Part shown: positions 1 through 11,781 of the stretch, in pieces
Layout of the letters: the number at the start of each line of letters is the position of its first letter
Numbering within the stretch: position 1 is the stretch's first letter
Source: Octopus sinensis
Lineage: Eukaryota
Length of the DNA stretch: 64,000 nt
Assembly (NCBI RefSeq): GCF_006345805.1
Contig: NC_042997.1
Span: 172,856,001 to 172,920,000, forward strand
Direction of reading: 5' to 3'
Made by a program: the position numbers and the translations under genes
The notes under the pieces: model-generated
Database searches by the model: none
Told to the model about the DNA's origin: nothing
What the model saw: the letters and a program-made list of their open reading frames with translations, nothing else

Positions 1-412
1 GGAAAGCCCTGCAGCATCAAAGATCAGTTTACATAACCACTAGTCCCACTATCATACTTTTACCTCTCAATATCTGGTATAAAGCCGCTTCCCTCAATAC
101 AACACCCACACTCAGCTGAGGGTTTTTGTCTTGTAGGTTACCTGGTGACCTAATTAGTGCTGGCAATAGGGGGAAAAATGCAACCAGTACACCCTTTAAA
201 GTGGTTGGCATAAGGAAAGGCATCCTATCATAGAAACCATGCCAAAACAGACATTGAAGTTCAGTACAGTTTCCTGTCAAACCATCAGTCCCTCTCAGGA
301 TGGAAAATGGATGTTAAACAATCCTGAAGAATCTGATGATTTTATATCTGGACTGTTTTTAAATAATCCCTTATGGGGATATTGCTTCCTCAAATTTTGT
401 AATATATATATA

Positions 413-447
<35 letters not shown>

Positions 448-448
<1 letters not shown>

Positions 449-785
449 AGAGACCCCCTTCGTTCATGACTGACCATGGGATTGCACCTAGAAAGTTACC
501 CTCCCAGGCACAAGTTCAGGCAAGGTTGTTTATAGAAGACCAGCAGTTGCCCATGTGAACTGGCCTCCTCTCTTCACGCCACCAGTGTTATCCAAGGGAA
601 AGGTAACGGCAGATACAGCTTGGCACCTGTGACGTCGCAACTCATTTCTACAGCTGAGTGAACTGGAGTAACGTAAAATAAAGTGTCTTGCTCAAGAACA
701 CAACACGCAGCCTGGTCCGGGATTTGAACTCACAACCACATGATCGTAAGCTCGACGCTCTAACCACTGAGCCATGCGCCTTCAC
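448..785 (-). mobile_element. tRNA-headed SINE (family A)
   Basis: Minus-strand head gtgaaggcgcaTGGCTCAGTGGttagagcg...gaGTTCAAATCCcgg with A- and B-box-like motifs. The body tgtgttcttgagcaagacac...ccagttcactcagctg is shared with copies at 6128, 19291 and 45440. Confidence 0.8.
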
Positions 786-800
786 ACACACACATATATA

Positions 801-1304
801 TCTATATATATAAAACTGTAGTTGTGTGAGTGTCTGTCTCCTACGATTTAGATTCCTAACTCCTCCCACATTTTGCGGTGCAGTTTAACCAAATTCGGGT
901 ATCTTATAGTCGTGATTCATATCGAGCCTGTCTGAGTATTAGCGCGCGTCTACGATGAGTCTACGATTTAAAAAATAATTTAACATAATTTTTTATTCCA
1001 TTTTAATGCATAATTTTTCGTGTGTCGATGGCGGCGGAGTTGGCGTCCATGGTCACACCTGCACCTGCTTGCTTCTCCCCTCCCTCGTGAAGCTGTGGGG
1101 AAGGGAGTGTAAGGAAATCAATGTCGTAAAGCGTTGTCAAGGAGACCAGCGTTCTTTTAGAACAACGACTTCATGGCTTGAAGACACCAAAACAGAAATG
1201 GCTAAGAAAGCCCGAATTGGCATCTATAAGGGAAGTAACTCTCTAAAAAAGCTTATATAGTTATTTCCCTTACAAACCCGAGCAATGCCGGGCGATACTG
1301 CTAG
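801..1304 (+). mobile_element. Non-autonomous Helitron-like element
   Basis: Starts TCTATATATATAAAAC after an A and ends ...CTAG before a T, with a subterminal GC hairpin cccgagcaatgccggg (1277-1292). These are canonical Helitron termini and the A|T target. Confidence 0.75.
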
Positions 1305-1967
1305 TATATATATATTATTCTTATACAAGAATGTTGTTGATAGTGACTGCAAAGTTTTGGCCAGCTAAGCCAATGTCGAACTGCAGTCCAATGATGCTTA
1401 GCTGGCTGAAACTTCAAAGCCACAGTCAACATTCTTGAATAAGAATAAATTTGTACTTTACAAAAAGTACATAGGAACTCTTCAGATTAATGTAGAATTG
1501 TTCTTATAAGAGAACATAAAGACAATATATATAGTACACACACATACAAATACATTGCAGATGCGTTAACTATGTTAATTAAAACACGTTGAAACAGTAC
1601 AAATATTTTAACTACTCATTAAACACCAAACAAAGACGAATGTAAGACTGATAATTCACACAAATACAAGGTAGAAATGTGTTTTGTTAATGATGTATGT
1701 GTGTGCATGCACACACACACACAGAGAAGAGAATGAACGAGAATTTTATTTTCCACAAATACATCGTTAAACCTTTCATGACTAGATTTCTAATGAAATA
1801 CCATGTCTATACATTTTAATTAATTTTGAAGTGAATCAAGAATTAAGAGAGAATTAATAAAATAATTTTGTCCTCATTATGAAGCTGATGTTTAGAACAT
1901 AAAACATTTGTAATTTTTTAAAAACAATTATGAAGGAAGATTGTAAATTTAAATACAAACATTGTAA

Positions 1968-2178
1968 CCCTTTAGCATTCAGATTATCAAATGTAATGTC
2001 TATTCACATTGTTTTGAATTAATCATGCATTATCTGATAGTTTTGAGATTTTAATGATGTGATAGTTTATTTTTAGAATGACATTGTAGGGTAGGTATGA
2101 GAAGCAGGATCTGTCCAGTTTGAACATAAAACAGGCAGAATATTTGGGCTGGAAATGGCCAGTCTAAATGCTAAAGGG
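1968..2178. mobile_element. MITE with CCC...GGG termini (piggyBac-like)
   Basis: TIRs ccctttagcatt / aatgctaaaggg with TTAA on the right flank; related copies at 56416 and 60374, partial ones near 2400-2650 and 46040-46160. Confidence 0.7.
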
Positions 2179-2734
2179 TTAACCTCCAAAGCTTAAATCT
2201 AGTTTCAAATTTATATATAACAAGTGACTTTAAACTTTAGAGAAAAATATTTCTTATAATTTTATAAATTTTGTATAATATTTAGAATAATAATAATTCT
2301 TTCTAATTTTGGTACAATGCCAGGAATTCTGAGAGGAGGAGCAAAACGATTTTATTGACCCAAGTACCTGACTAGCACTTTATATTACATCGTGTAACAT
2401 GATTTTTGTCTTTGGATACCAACTATTATTTCCTATTTGCTTACCCCTAGAAAGTATGAAAAACTGCTAATATTTCCTCCAAACTTTGATTTTGTTATGT
2501 TCATTCAAACTCCAAAGAGTCTCATCAATGATGAGATTACTTGTAGAATGGTATTGTAAGATAGGTATGAGAGGCCAGATCTGGCCAGTTCGAACATATA
2601 ACCAAGAGAATATTTGGGCCAGATATGACCAGTTTAAATGCTAAAAGATATGAAATTATAGAATTAGAGGGTGGTTTCAATAAGAGAGAGGTTAACTAAG
2701 TTGATCACAAACACACAAGATGAGAATGATAATT

Positions 2735-2960
2735 CATCATCATCATCATCATCGTTTAACGTCCGCTTTCCATGCTAGCATGGGTTGGACGATTTGACTG
2801 AGGACTGGCAAACCAGATGGCTGCACCAGGCTCCAATCTTGATCTGGCAGAGTTTCTACAGCTGGATGCCCTTCCTAACACCAACCACTCCGAGAATGTA
2901 GTGGGTGCTTTTACGTGCCACTGGCACGAGGGCCAGTCAGGTGGAACTGGCAATGGCCAT
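2735..2960 (-). mobile_element. (GAT)n-tailed retroposon/SINE (family B)
   Basis: Shares ggaagggcatccagctg...aacccatgctagcatggaaagcg plus a (GAT)n tail with 28229-28354 and 60163-60346. Confidence 0.75.
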
Positions 2961-3464
2961 GAAAAATCTCATGCTTTTTTTTTCAATTTTATGTGTCACC
3001 TGCACACTGGCACAAGTGTCAGTAAGGCGACGCTGAATTCATAAATATATAGCAAGAAATGCATTCATCATCATCTAATGTTCATTTTCCATGCTGGCAT
3101 GGGTTGGATGGTTTGACTGAAAACTGGTAAGCTGTACCAGGTTTCAATCTGGTTTGGCATGATTTCTAACATGGAAATTGAGTAAAGATTGACAGCAATG
3201 GGGAGGAAAATAATAAAAAAAAAGAAAGAAAAAAGAAAGCCAGCAAATGTACAGAAAAGTTTTATTTCAATAAATTTTTTTTTATTTTGTAAGTCATGTG
3301 TGATGGATTTTCATTATTTCCTATTGCTTCTTGATTTCCTTGCCATTATTATTATTGAGATGGGGTGAAGGGATGGAGAGAGAGGATAAATAAACTAGTG
3401 GATACAAAATGTGATAAGAAGTGGAGGTTCTGGGTATAGGGAGAAAGAAACATATATATATATA

Positions 3465-3842
3465 TGCTCTTTTGCTTGTTTCAGTCATTTGACTGCAGCC
3501 ATGCTGGAGCACCGCCTTTAGTTGAGCAAATCGACCCCGGGACTTATTCTTTGTAAGCCCAGTACTTATTCTATCGATCTCTTTTGCCGAACCGCTAAGT
3601 GACGGGGATGTAAACGCACCAGCATCGGTTGTCAAGCAATGCTAGGGGCACAAACACAGACACACACATATATATACGACAGGCTTCTTTCAGTTTCCGT
3701 CTACCAAATCCACTCACAAGGCATTGGTCAGCCCGGGGCTATAGCAGAAGACACTTGCCCAAGATGCCACGCAGTGGGACTGAACCCAGAACCATGTGGT
3801 TGGTTAGCAAGCTACTTACCACACAGCCACTCCTGCGCCTAT
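3465..3842 (-). mobile_element. tRNA-headed SINE (family C)
   Basis: Head ataggcgcaggagtggctgtgtggtaag...ggttcagtcccactg and tail aaggcggtgctccagcatggctgcagtcaaatgactgaaacaag; near-full-length copies at 19511 and 62524. Confidence 0.8.
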
Positions 3843-4009
3843 ATACACACACACACATAAATTTGATCTTTTTCTCATTAGGCTGCAGCCACTCAGAGGC
3901 ACCACCTTTAAGAATCAACTACAGTACTTTTTTCGTTTAAGCATGGTACTTACTCTATCAGTCACTTTTACTGAACTGCTAGGTTACACGGATGTAAACA
4001 CACCAACAA

Positions 4010-4445
4010 GTCTCTTGTTTAAGTTGGTGAATGATGCCATAATCCTTGCCCTCAGTTCATCTTTGATCTTACAAGGAGTTTTGTTGGTCTCTTGCTCAGC
4101 TATGCACCACACACAATAATCAAGGGGATTGCAGTCTGGGGAGTTAAGTGGTCAGATGTTAGGGGTGATGTGGTCGCAGAAATTGTCTGACAACCATAAC
4201 TGGAATCTCCTGCTTGTGTGGCATGGTGCAGAGTCCTGTTGCCAGACATAGGGTCCACCAGCAGTCACCCTCTTGGCCTAGGGCAGCACTACCTCCTCCA
4301 GGCACTCGTTGTGGGCCCCGTGTTGAGTGAGGTCATGTAGGAAGATGAATGGAGACATAACATCACCATCACTAGTGATCACTCCAAACACCATGATGCT
4401 GCCTGGATGTTTGATCTTTTTCACTCTCGGTACATGTCCTCAGAT
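4010..4445 (-). pseudogene. Decayed Tc1/mariner transposase, DD37D (maT-type) catalytic domain
   Basis: Translates to IMVFGVITSDGDVM...YVWQQDSAPCHTSRR...PLNSPDCNPLDY...IMASFTNLNK. The second and third catalytic Asp codons (4233-4235, 4119-4121) are separated by 37 residues. In-frame stops and a frameshift are present. Confidence 0.85.
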
Positions 4446-4703
4446 CGACACTCAGACACACTGAAATGTTCATATTGGAACTTCTGGCGTGAATGCCAAG
4501 CAATACAGCATGTTGTTTCCAAATTTCTGGCAAAGTGAATTGCATCATGGTGCTGTTTTTCTCAAAAACAGTGCCCAATTGACCTTACAATACTGTGTAG
4601 TTGACAAAATCAAAAACAAACAATATGCATGTGCAAAATTATAAATATAAATTAGTGATAATTTACCAATTGCACCCTGTATGCATGTGTGTGTGTGTAT
4701 ATG

Positions 4704-4756
<53 letters not shown>

Positions 4757-4863
4757 GAAGGGCTTCTTTCAGCTAGCATCTATCAAATCCATTCACAAGG
4801 CTTTGGTTGGCCAAAGAACATAGTAGTTGCTAACCAAAGGAGCCACACAGTGGGACTGATCCC

Positions 4864-4920
<57 letters not shown>

Positions 4921-6127
4921 TACATAGTTCATGTGTGTGGATGTATATATGTGAACATAATAAACAACAAACTGCACATTATAATAAGAATGTATTGCAG
5001 TTGCATAGGTAAATTTGGGCATAGAATAAACTTGCCAGGTCTCAATAAAATCTGGCACTATGTAAAAGAAACCAAAAACAAGCTGGCTAGAATTTCTGCA
5101 AAGAAAAACGAAAATTGGCCCCCCACTATCACATTAAAAAAATGTGTGGGGTATGAAAAAATTTTTTTTTTAAATCCTGTTTTCAAAGAAATACTCTTTT
5201 TCCATTTCTTCATATACCTGAAATGACTGAACTTACCTGTTCTCAGGACATCTGAATTCATTTCATTTCAATTGGATTTTATTAAAGGTGAACTTCAGTT
5301 GAAAAAAACAACAAACAAACATTAATAACAAAAAGATGGTATGTTAGATATTAAACTGATAATCTTTTTTATTTTTTTCATATATTATATTTTTTATTGT
5401 ATATTATGTGTTCTTTTTCTTTCTTTCATTTGCTGCTGGCTGGCCAATTCTTTGGAAATATATGCAGGTGGAAATGGAAGTGAACATTTTTTTTTGGTCA
5501 CTGTAGTGTTGTAATCAATCTGGAAGCATTTCTTTGGTAAATCTTTCTTCTTTCTTGAAATCTTCTTGAAATGATATCCAACAAGCTAAATAATGAAAAT
5601 CTGGCAAGGTACAAAAATAATATACCTGATTCTTGTCAGGTAGATTATTTTCTTTTGGAAAAAAAGGTATATTTAAAACAATAAAAATTAAAGAGAAGAA
5701 AAACAGTGAAGTACAAACAGATAAAGAAGAACGAAACAAAATAATTATATATTATTGTGTTGTGGTTGATAATTTAGCATTAATTAAAATTTAATATAGA
5801 AAACAAATATAAAAAAAAACATCCTTTATTATCGAAATGTTTGGTTTTAACCCTTTCAGTGTGGAAATTAGATATATGCATTGCCCTTAACTGCAGAAAG
5901 CAGTTTTATATATCAATCTATCTTTTGTGAATGCCATGTTTAAAACACCTTTTTTGATGAGGTATGTCAAATTTATTGAGGCAATGTGACTCGTAGAAAA
6001 TACTGAAATAACTATGAAATTTAATTTTGCAGCTGAAGAGGTGTTTTCCGACAGACATACATTATAGATACAAACAGCAGAATATGTACCTTTTAGAAAA
6101 TAATAATAATTAGTACTGTTGTTATAT

Positions 6128-6345
6128 TGTGGAGGTGTGTGGCTTAGTGGTTAGGGTGTCAGCACCGTGATCGTAAGATTGTGGTTTCAATTCCTGGACC
6201 GGGTGATGCGTTGTGTTCTTGAGCAAAACACTTCATTTCACGTTGCTCCAGTCCACTCAGCTGGCAAAAATGAGTAACGCTGGGGAATACATACGCCATA
6301 GAAACCAGGAAACCGGGCCCATGAGCCTGGCTAGGCTTTAAAAAT
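6128..6345 (+). mobile_element. tRNA-headed SINE (family A)
   Basis: TGGCTTAGTGG A-box, GGTTTCAATTCC B-box and family A body. Confidence 0.75.
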
Positions 6346-6953
6346 GTGCATTTATTTTTATTAGTGTTGTTATATTACTGAAGATTGGGCTTTCAGATTT
6401 GCCTGCATTAAATAGACAAGGGATAAATGATTCCTTGTAAAGATATTTCTTACATGCAGCAAAGAAAAATACATGGTCCTTGAGCTGTTTGTTCATCCCG
6501 CAATGCCATTAAGACATAAATAACCACACAAATTGTAAAAAATAGCAGCCAAATCTCCCTCTGCTCACATTTACCAGCTTGAAAATGGAAAAGATACATC
6601 AAATATTGTAGTCTTTGATACACCTGAAAAAAAGAAAAAACAAAAAAAAAAAAGGCAGATGGTTGTGTCCAGAATGCTTTCTGAGCAAAAGCCAGCTTGC
6701 TCAGGGTTGGCTTGGAGGCTTGTAACAACAACTTTTCCACTGATATTCCTTCTAATTTGTAAAAGGAACTGTCCATTGCATATATACGTCTGGTCATACT
6801 ACATTAACCTTTACTTCAAAATGAATAGGGGACTGCTAATAACAGGTAAAGGAAATGAAGAATCAGGAACATACACACATATGGAGCATGTCTTTGGCAA
6901 TTCTACCCAGTGCAGCAATGTTGCACAACCTTTTTTCAGAACAGGTTCATGTA

Positions 6954-7321
6954 TCTCTCTATATATAAACGGCAGTTTGTCTGTGCGTGTTTCTGTGTGT
7001 CTGTTTGCTTGTACCCTCACCCTGACCACGGCTTTCAACCGATTCTGATGAAACTTGACACACACATAGCCCAATGTCTTAATTCAAAACTAACGCAGCG
7101 AAAATTTTGAAAAGTTCCCCCAGTTCTGAAAAAAATCGATAAAATCGACATGGGGTCGAGAATCAGAAACAAACCAGACTGTCTAGGGGACGCAACTCAA
7201 CCTTTTTTAACTCAAAAAAAATTTACCATAATTTTTTTGCTATTTTTTGGCTATAACTCTTTAAAAATGCTTTATAGTTATTTCCCTTACAAACCTGAGC
7301 AACGCCGGGCGATACTGCTAG
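6954..7321 (+). mobile_element. Non-autonomous Helitron-like element
   Basis: 5' TC after an A; its 3' ~60 bp (hairpin plus CTAG|T) nearly identical to the 801-1304 element, but a different 5' end and interior. Confidence 0.7.
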
Positions 7322-7544
7322 TCAAATATAAATTTACCTTTAACTGCAAAATGCAACGCAAGCAGACATGATTATTTTAATTAGAGAAATTAACATATCA
7401 TTTGTTTTAATAAGTTTGTAAAAGGAATATGGATTTTATTACCAATTTTTAATGCCTACTTACTTTTCACCCACCCTGTATATATATATATATATGTGTG
7501 TGTGCATCCCCACTAGACCATGTTATTATGTAATACTGCATTAC

Positions 7545-8480
7545 AGGTTCTTTCGAGAACTTGACATGTTAAAATGTACATTATTTACATTCGATGGATA
7601 TTTGTCCTTATCTTGTTTGTTGTTAACACGTTTCAGCTGATATACCCTCCAGCCTTTTTCAGGTGTCTTGGGGAAATTTCGAACCTGGGTTCTCATTCCT
7701 AAGGTCTTTTTCGATATCATTATTATTATTATTATTGTTTGGCTCACTGCTTGGAATCGAACTAGGAATCTTGGGGTTAGTAGCCCACGTTCTTAACCAC
7801 TACGCCATATGCCCGTGGGCATATAGTGTAGTGGTTAACCAATTCTAAGCAGTGATCTGAACAATAATAATAATAATAATAATAACATGGAAAAATACAT
7901 TAGGAATGAGAACACAGGTTCGAAATTTCCCCAAGACACCCAAAGAGGGCTGGAGGGTATATCAGCTGAAACGATGTGTTAACAACAAACAAGATGAGGA
8001 CAAATATCCATCAAATGTAAATTTGTCCTCATCTTGTTTGTTGTTAATGTGTTTTGGCTGATATACCCTCCAGCCTTTTTCAGGTGTCTTGGGGAAATTT
8101 CAAACCTGGGTTCTTATTCCTAAGGTCTTTTTCGATATTATTATTATTATTATTGTTATTGTTCAGCTCACTGCTTGGAATCGAACTAGGAATCTTGGAG
8201 TTAGTAGCACACGTTCTTAACCACTACGCCATATGCCCGTGGGCATATAGTGTAGTGGTTAACCGATTCTAAGCAGTGAGCTTATTATAATAATAATAAT
8301 AACATCGAAAAATACCTTAGGAATGAGAACCCAGGTTCGAAATTTCCCCAAGACACCTGAAGAAGGCTGGAGGGTATATCAGCCGAAACGTTGTGTTAAC
8401 AACAAGCAAGATGAGGACAAATATCCATTGAATATAAATAATGTACATAATTCCTCATCTCTTAAATATAGAACTATGTT
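7545..8480. mobile_element. Tandem pair of head-to-head palindromic elements; each arm = tRNA-like head + (AAT)n + Penelope-type hammerhead-bearing tail
   Basis: Four homologous arms oriented -,+,-,+ (about 7575-7814, 7817-8021, 8022-8238, 8241-8450). Both centres read ...catatgccc-gt-gggcatat.... Confidence 0.8.
8352..8397 (+). ncRNA. Minimal type I hammerhead ribozyme motif (Penelope-like element class), predicted GUU cleavage after 8392
   Basis: Stem I GACAC(8352-56)/GUGUU(8393-97); core CUGAAGA(8357-63) plus an extra A; stem II GGCUG/CAGCC with a 10-nt loop; GAA then self-complementary ACGU stem III(8388-91); U at position 17. Activity not tested. Confidence 0.7.
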
Positions 8481-8649
8481 AAAATGTGTATGCTTATTCA
8501 GGTTAAATTTTTGTTTTTTGTTTCTGCACAACTTTCATAATTTTACAGATGCTTTTTAACTATAGAAATAACAGGTATAATTACTGTGTAATATATTATT
8601 AGGTGATATAAAAAAAAAACAAATAATAATAATAATAATAATAGTTTCA

Positions 8650-8999
8650 AATTTTACATCGGCCCCAGTGTTCAACTGGTACTTATTTTATCGACCCTGA
8701 AAAGATAAAAGGCGAAGTCAACCTTGGTGGAATTTGAACTCAGAATGCAGCGACAGGCGAAGTACCAATAAGCATTTTATCCAGTGTGCTAACAATTCTG
8801 CCAGCTCGCAGTCTTAATAATAATCCTTTCTATTATAGGCACAAGGCCTGAAATTGTAAGGGAGGGAACTAGACTATTACATCAACCCCAGTATCTCACT
8901 GGTACTTCCTTGGCGGAAATTGAACTCAGAATGTAGTGATGGGCAAAATACTGCTAAGCATTTTGTCCAGCAAGCTAACAATTCTGCTAGCTCACTGCC

Positions 9000-9037
<38 letters not shown>

Positions 9038-9830
9038 CCTTTCTACTAAAGGCATAAGGCCTGAAATTTGGGAGTGGGAGATGGTCAATTACACTAACCC
9101 CAGTACTCAACTGGTACCTAATTTATCAACTCTGAAAAGATGAAAGGCAAATTGAACTCAGCAATGGAAACTGAACTTTGAATGAAGTGACAAGTGAAAT
9201 TTTGTCCAGCATGCTAACACTTCTGCTAACTTACCACCATAAAAATGATAATAATTATGATAATAATAATAATCATAATAATAAATAAATGAAATAATCT
9301 TTCCCAATTTTAGATAATAGCAACACAATGATTGGAGGTGTAAGGAGTGAGAGATTGAGATGCCAGACATGAAAAACAAGAATTTTAAATAATTCTTTCT
9401 AATTTTGACGAGAAAGGGCAAGTTGATTACATCACCTCCTGTACATGACTTTTACTTATCTTATTGATCCTGAAAGGTCAAGATGAACTCAGTGGAATTT
9501 GAACTTAGAACCTAATGGGTTGGAAGAAATACTGCAAAGTACTTTTTTCTGATATTCTAAGAATTCTGCCAGCTTGCTGCTTTGATAACAGTTATAATCC
9601 CTCTCTACTAATAGGTACAAGGACTGGAAATTTTGAGGTGGGGGAGAGGGGATTAGTTAATTACATCATCCCAGTGATTAGCTTATAATTATTTTATCAA
9701 CCTTGAAAGGATGAAAGGTAAGGTAAAGTCGACCTCGGTTGAATCTGAACACAAAATGTAAAGGCAAACCAAAATTGGTGCTAAGCATTTTGTCCATCAT
9801 GCTAATGATTCTGCCAGCTTGACATCTTCA
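8650..9830 (-). mobile_element. Cluster of about five degenerate copies of an (AAT)n-associated SINE (family D)
   Basis: Repeated ctggcagaa...ttagca...ctgagttcaaattcc...gactttgcctttcatc...gataaattaagtaccagt units on the minus strand, separated by (AAT)n; same family at 23635-24100 and 39165-39400. Confidence 0.7.
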
Positions 9831-10779
9831 TAATAATGGCAACAACAATAGCAGCAGTAGTAGTAGTAGTAGTAATAAATTTTAAAAATTAAAAAAAAAA
9901 AATTGAAGAATTCCTGATTTCTTTATCCCAATGTAGTTTTCATAATCAGCAACAACAATAGACAAAAAAAAAACAACAACAACACTGCAAATAAAAGATA
10001 TTAGTTTTGTATTCGATTTTTAGTTGGTACTATTCTTACAAAAAAAGACCATGTGTGTGTGTGTATGCATGTATATATATGTATATATACATATATATAT
10101 GTATGTATATATATATGCATGTATATATATATGTATGTATATATACACACATGTACTTATATACACATACACACACATGCAAGTGCGGAAACCCTTGTAA
10201 TGTTCAGTCCTGCCCACATTCAAAGTACAATTTAAATACTCCTCATTTAAACAGCACCACAAGACTAAATGCATATAGTCATTTTTTTGTAATGTACTCC
10301 AGTAGTTTTAAACTGTGCAGTAAAGTTCCAAAAATAGTTGCCTCTCCATCTTTCAAGGGGCAGTTTTGTCTCTTTAATCATATATTTTAAAGGTTGCAGA
10401 AAGTGTTCTATGGTTGGTAGATGCGTATCTTAAATGACAACTCCTTGTAGAATATATTTGTTGTTGTTGGGGTAATATGTAGTTAGTTTGGGTTGCTTTG
10501 AGAATGAGTGGAGGGTTTTCTTCTGAAATGTGAGGAGGTTTAAAAGAATGTTAAGTGATTCAGTGATAAATTAGAATGAGCAATGTCTTAATTGGTTTAT
10601 TGGTAGACTTGTAGCACGGGAGACTGTGAAATTGAGGGAATGATGATCATGATAATAGTTTAATGAAAATGTTGGTAATGGAATTTTGCACTCACTCACA
10701 TGCAAAGATGTGGATATTTGTGTGTGTGTGTGTGTGTGTGTATGTGTGTGAGAGTGTGTGTGTATGAGAGTGTGAGTAT

Positions 10780-11001
10780 ATATACATACATACATACACT
10801 ATGCATATCTATGTATATATATGTATGCACATATACTAAGTAAATATATATTTATATATTTAATATACGAGTATTTGTGTATGAATATATATAGATGTAT
10901 GCATATGTTTATGTGTGTATGTATGTGCAAGTGTGTATACATAACATTTGTGCATATATATGTACATTTATGAATATATAAAACGTGTATATGTATGTAT
11001 G

Positions 11002-11032
<31 letters not shown>

Positions 11033-11043
11033 GTGTCTGTAAA

Positions 11044-11083
<40 letters not shown>

Positions 11084-11234
11084 CACACATATACGTAAAT
11101 ATAAAGTACATATGTATGAATGTATATATGTATGTATATATATATATATATATATATATGAACACACATATACGTAAATATAAAGTACATATGTATGAAT
11201 GTATATATGTATGTATATATAAATATGTATTTAT

Positions 11235-11265
<31 letters not shown>

Positions 11266-11400
11266 GTGCACATACACCTGCATATATAATTTACATATAT
11301 AATACACCTATATGCACATATTATATTACTACATATATGTACGCATAAATATATGTAGGAAATACACATACACACTCACACACACAGTACATAATATAGG
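10780..11400. repeat. Compound (TA/CA/TG)n microsatellite field downstream of the Pbx stop codon
   Basis: Dinucleotide runs including a 79-bp-period duplication (units start at 11081 and 11160). Confidence 0.9.
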
Positions 11401-11781
11401 TCATGTATATATCTGTTGGTGAGGAGAATGGAAATCAGTAAAAGACTCGTGGATGTGTTGACTAACAATGAAGATCTTGCTACTGTAAAGGAGTTCAACA
11501 AGAATTTGAGGGAAGAATAAAATGGGAATGACATTCTGCAAGTCAATATTCTTTTTTTCTTTTATTTTTTGTCCAGTTCTGTTTTATTTAATTTTTTTTA
11601 TTCTCTTTTTTTCTTTCTTTTTCCATTTAAGAAATGTTTCTTAATAATTACCAATACCCCTCCCCTTTTCCCTAAGAGTTAATGTATGTATATATAAATA
11701 TGTATTTATTATATATATATATACATACACATACATACAAACACACATACAGACATACCCACACTCACACACACATCAATT

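Noticed and set aside
7745-7814. Functional tRNA gene
   Set aside because: A and B boxes are present, but the acceptor stem cannot close, the anticodon stem is weak, and it runs into a repeat body; it is a SINE head.
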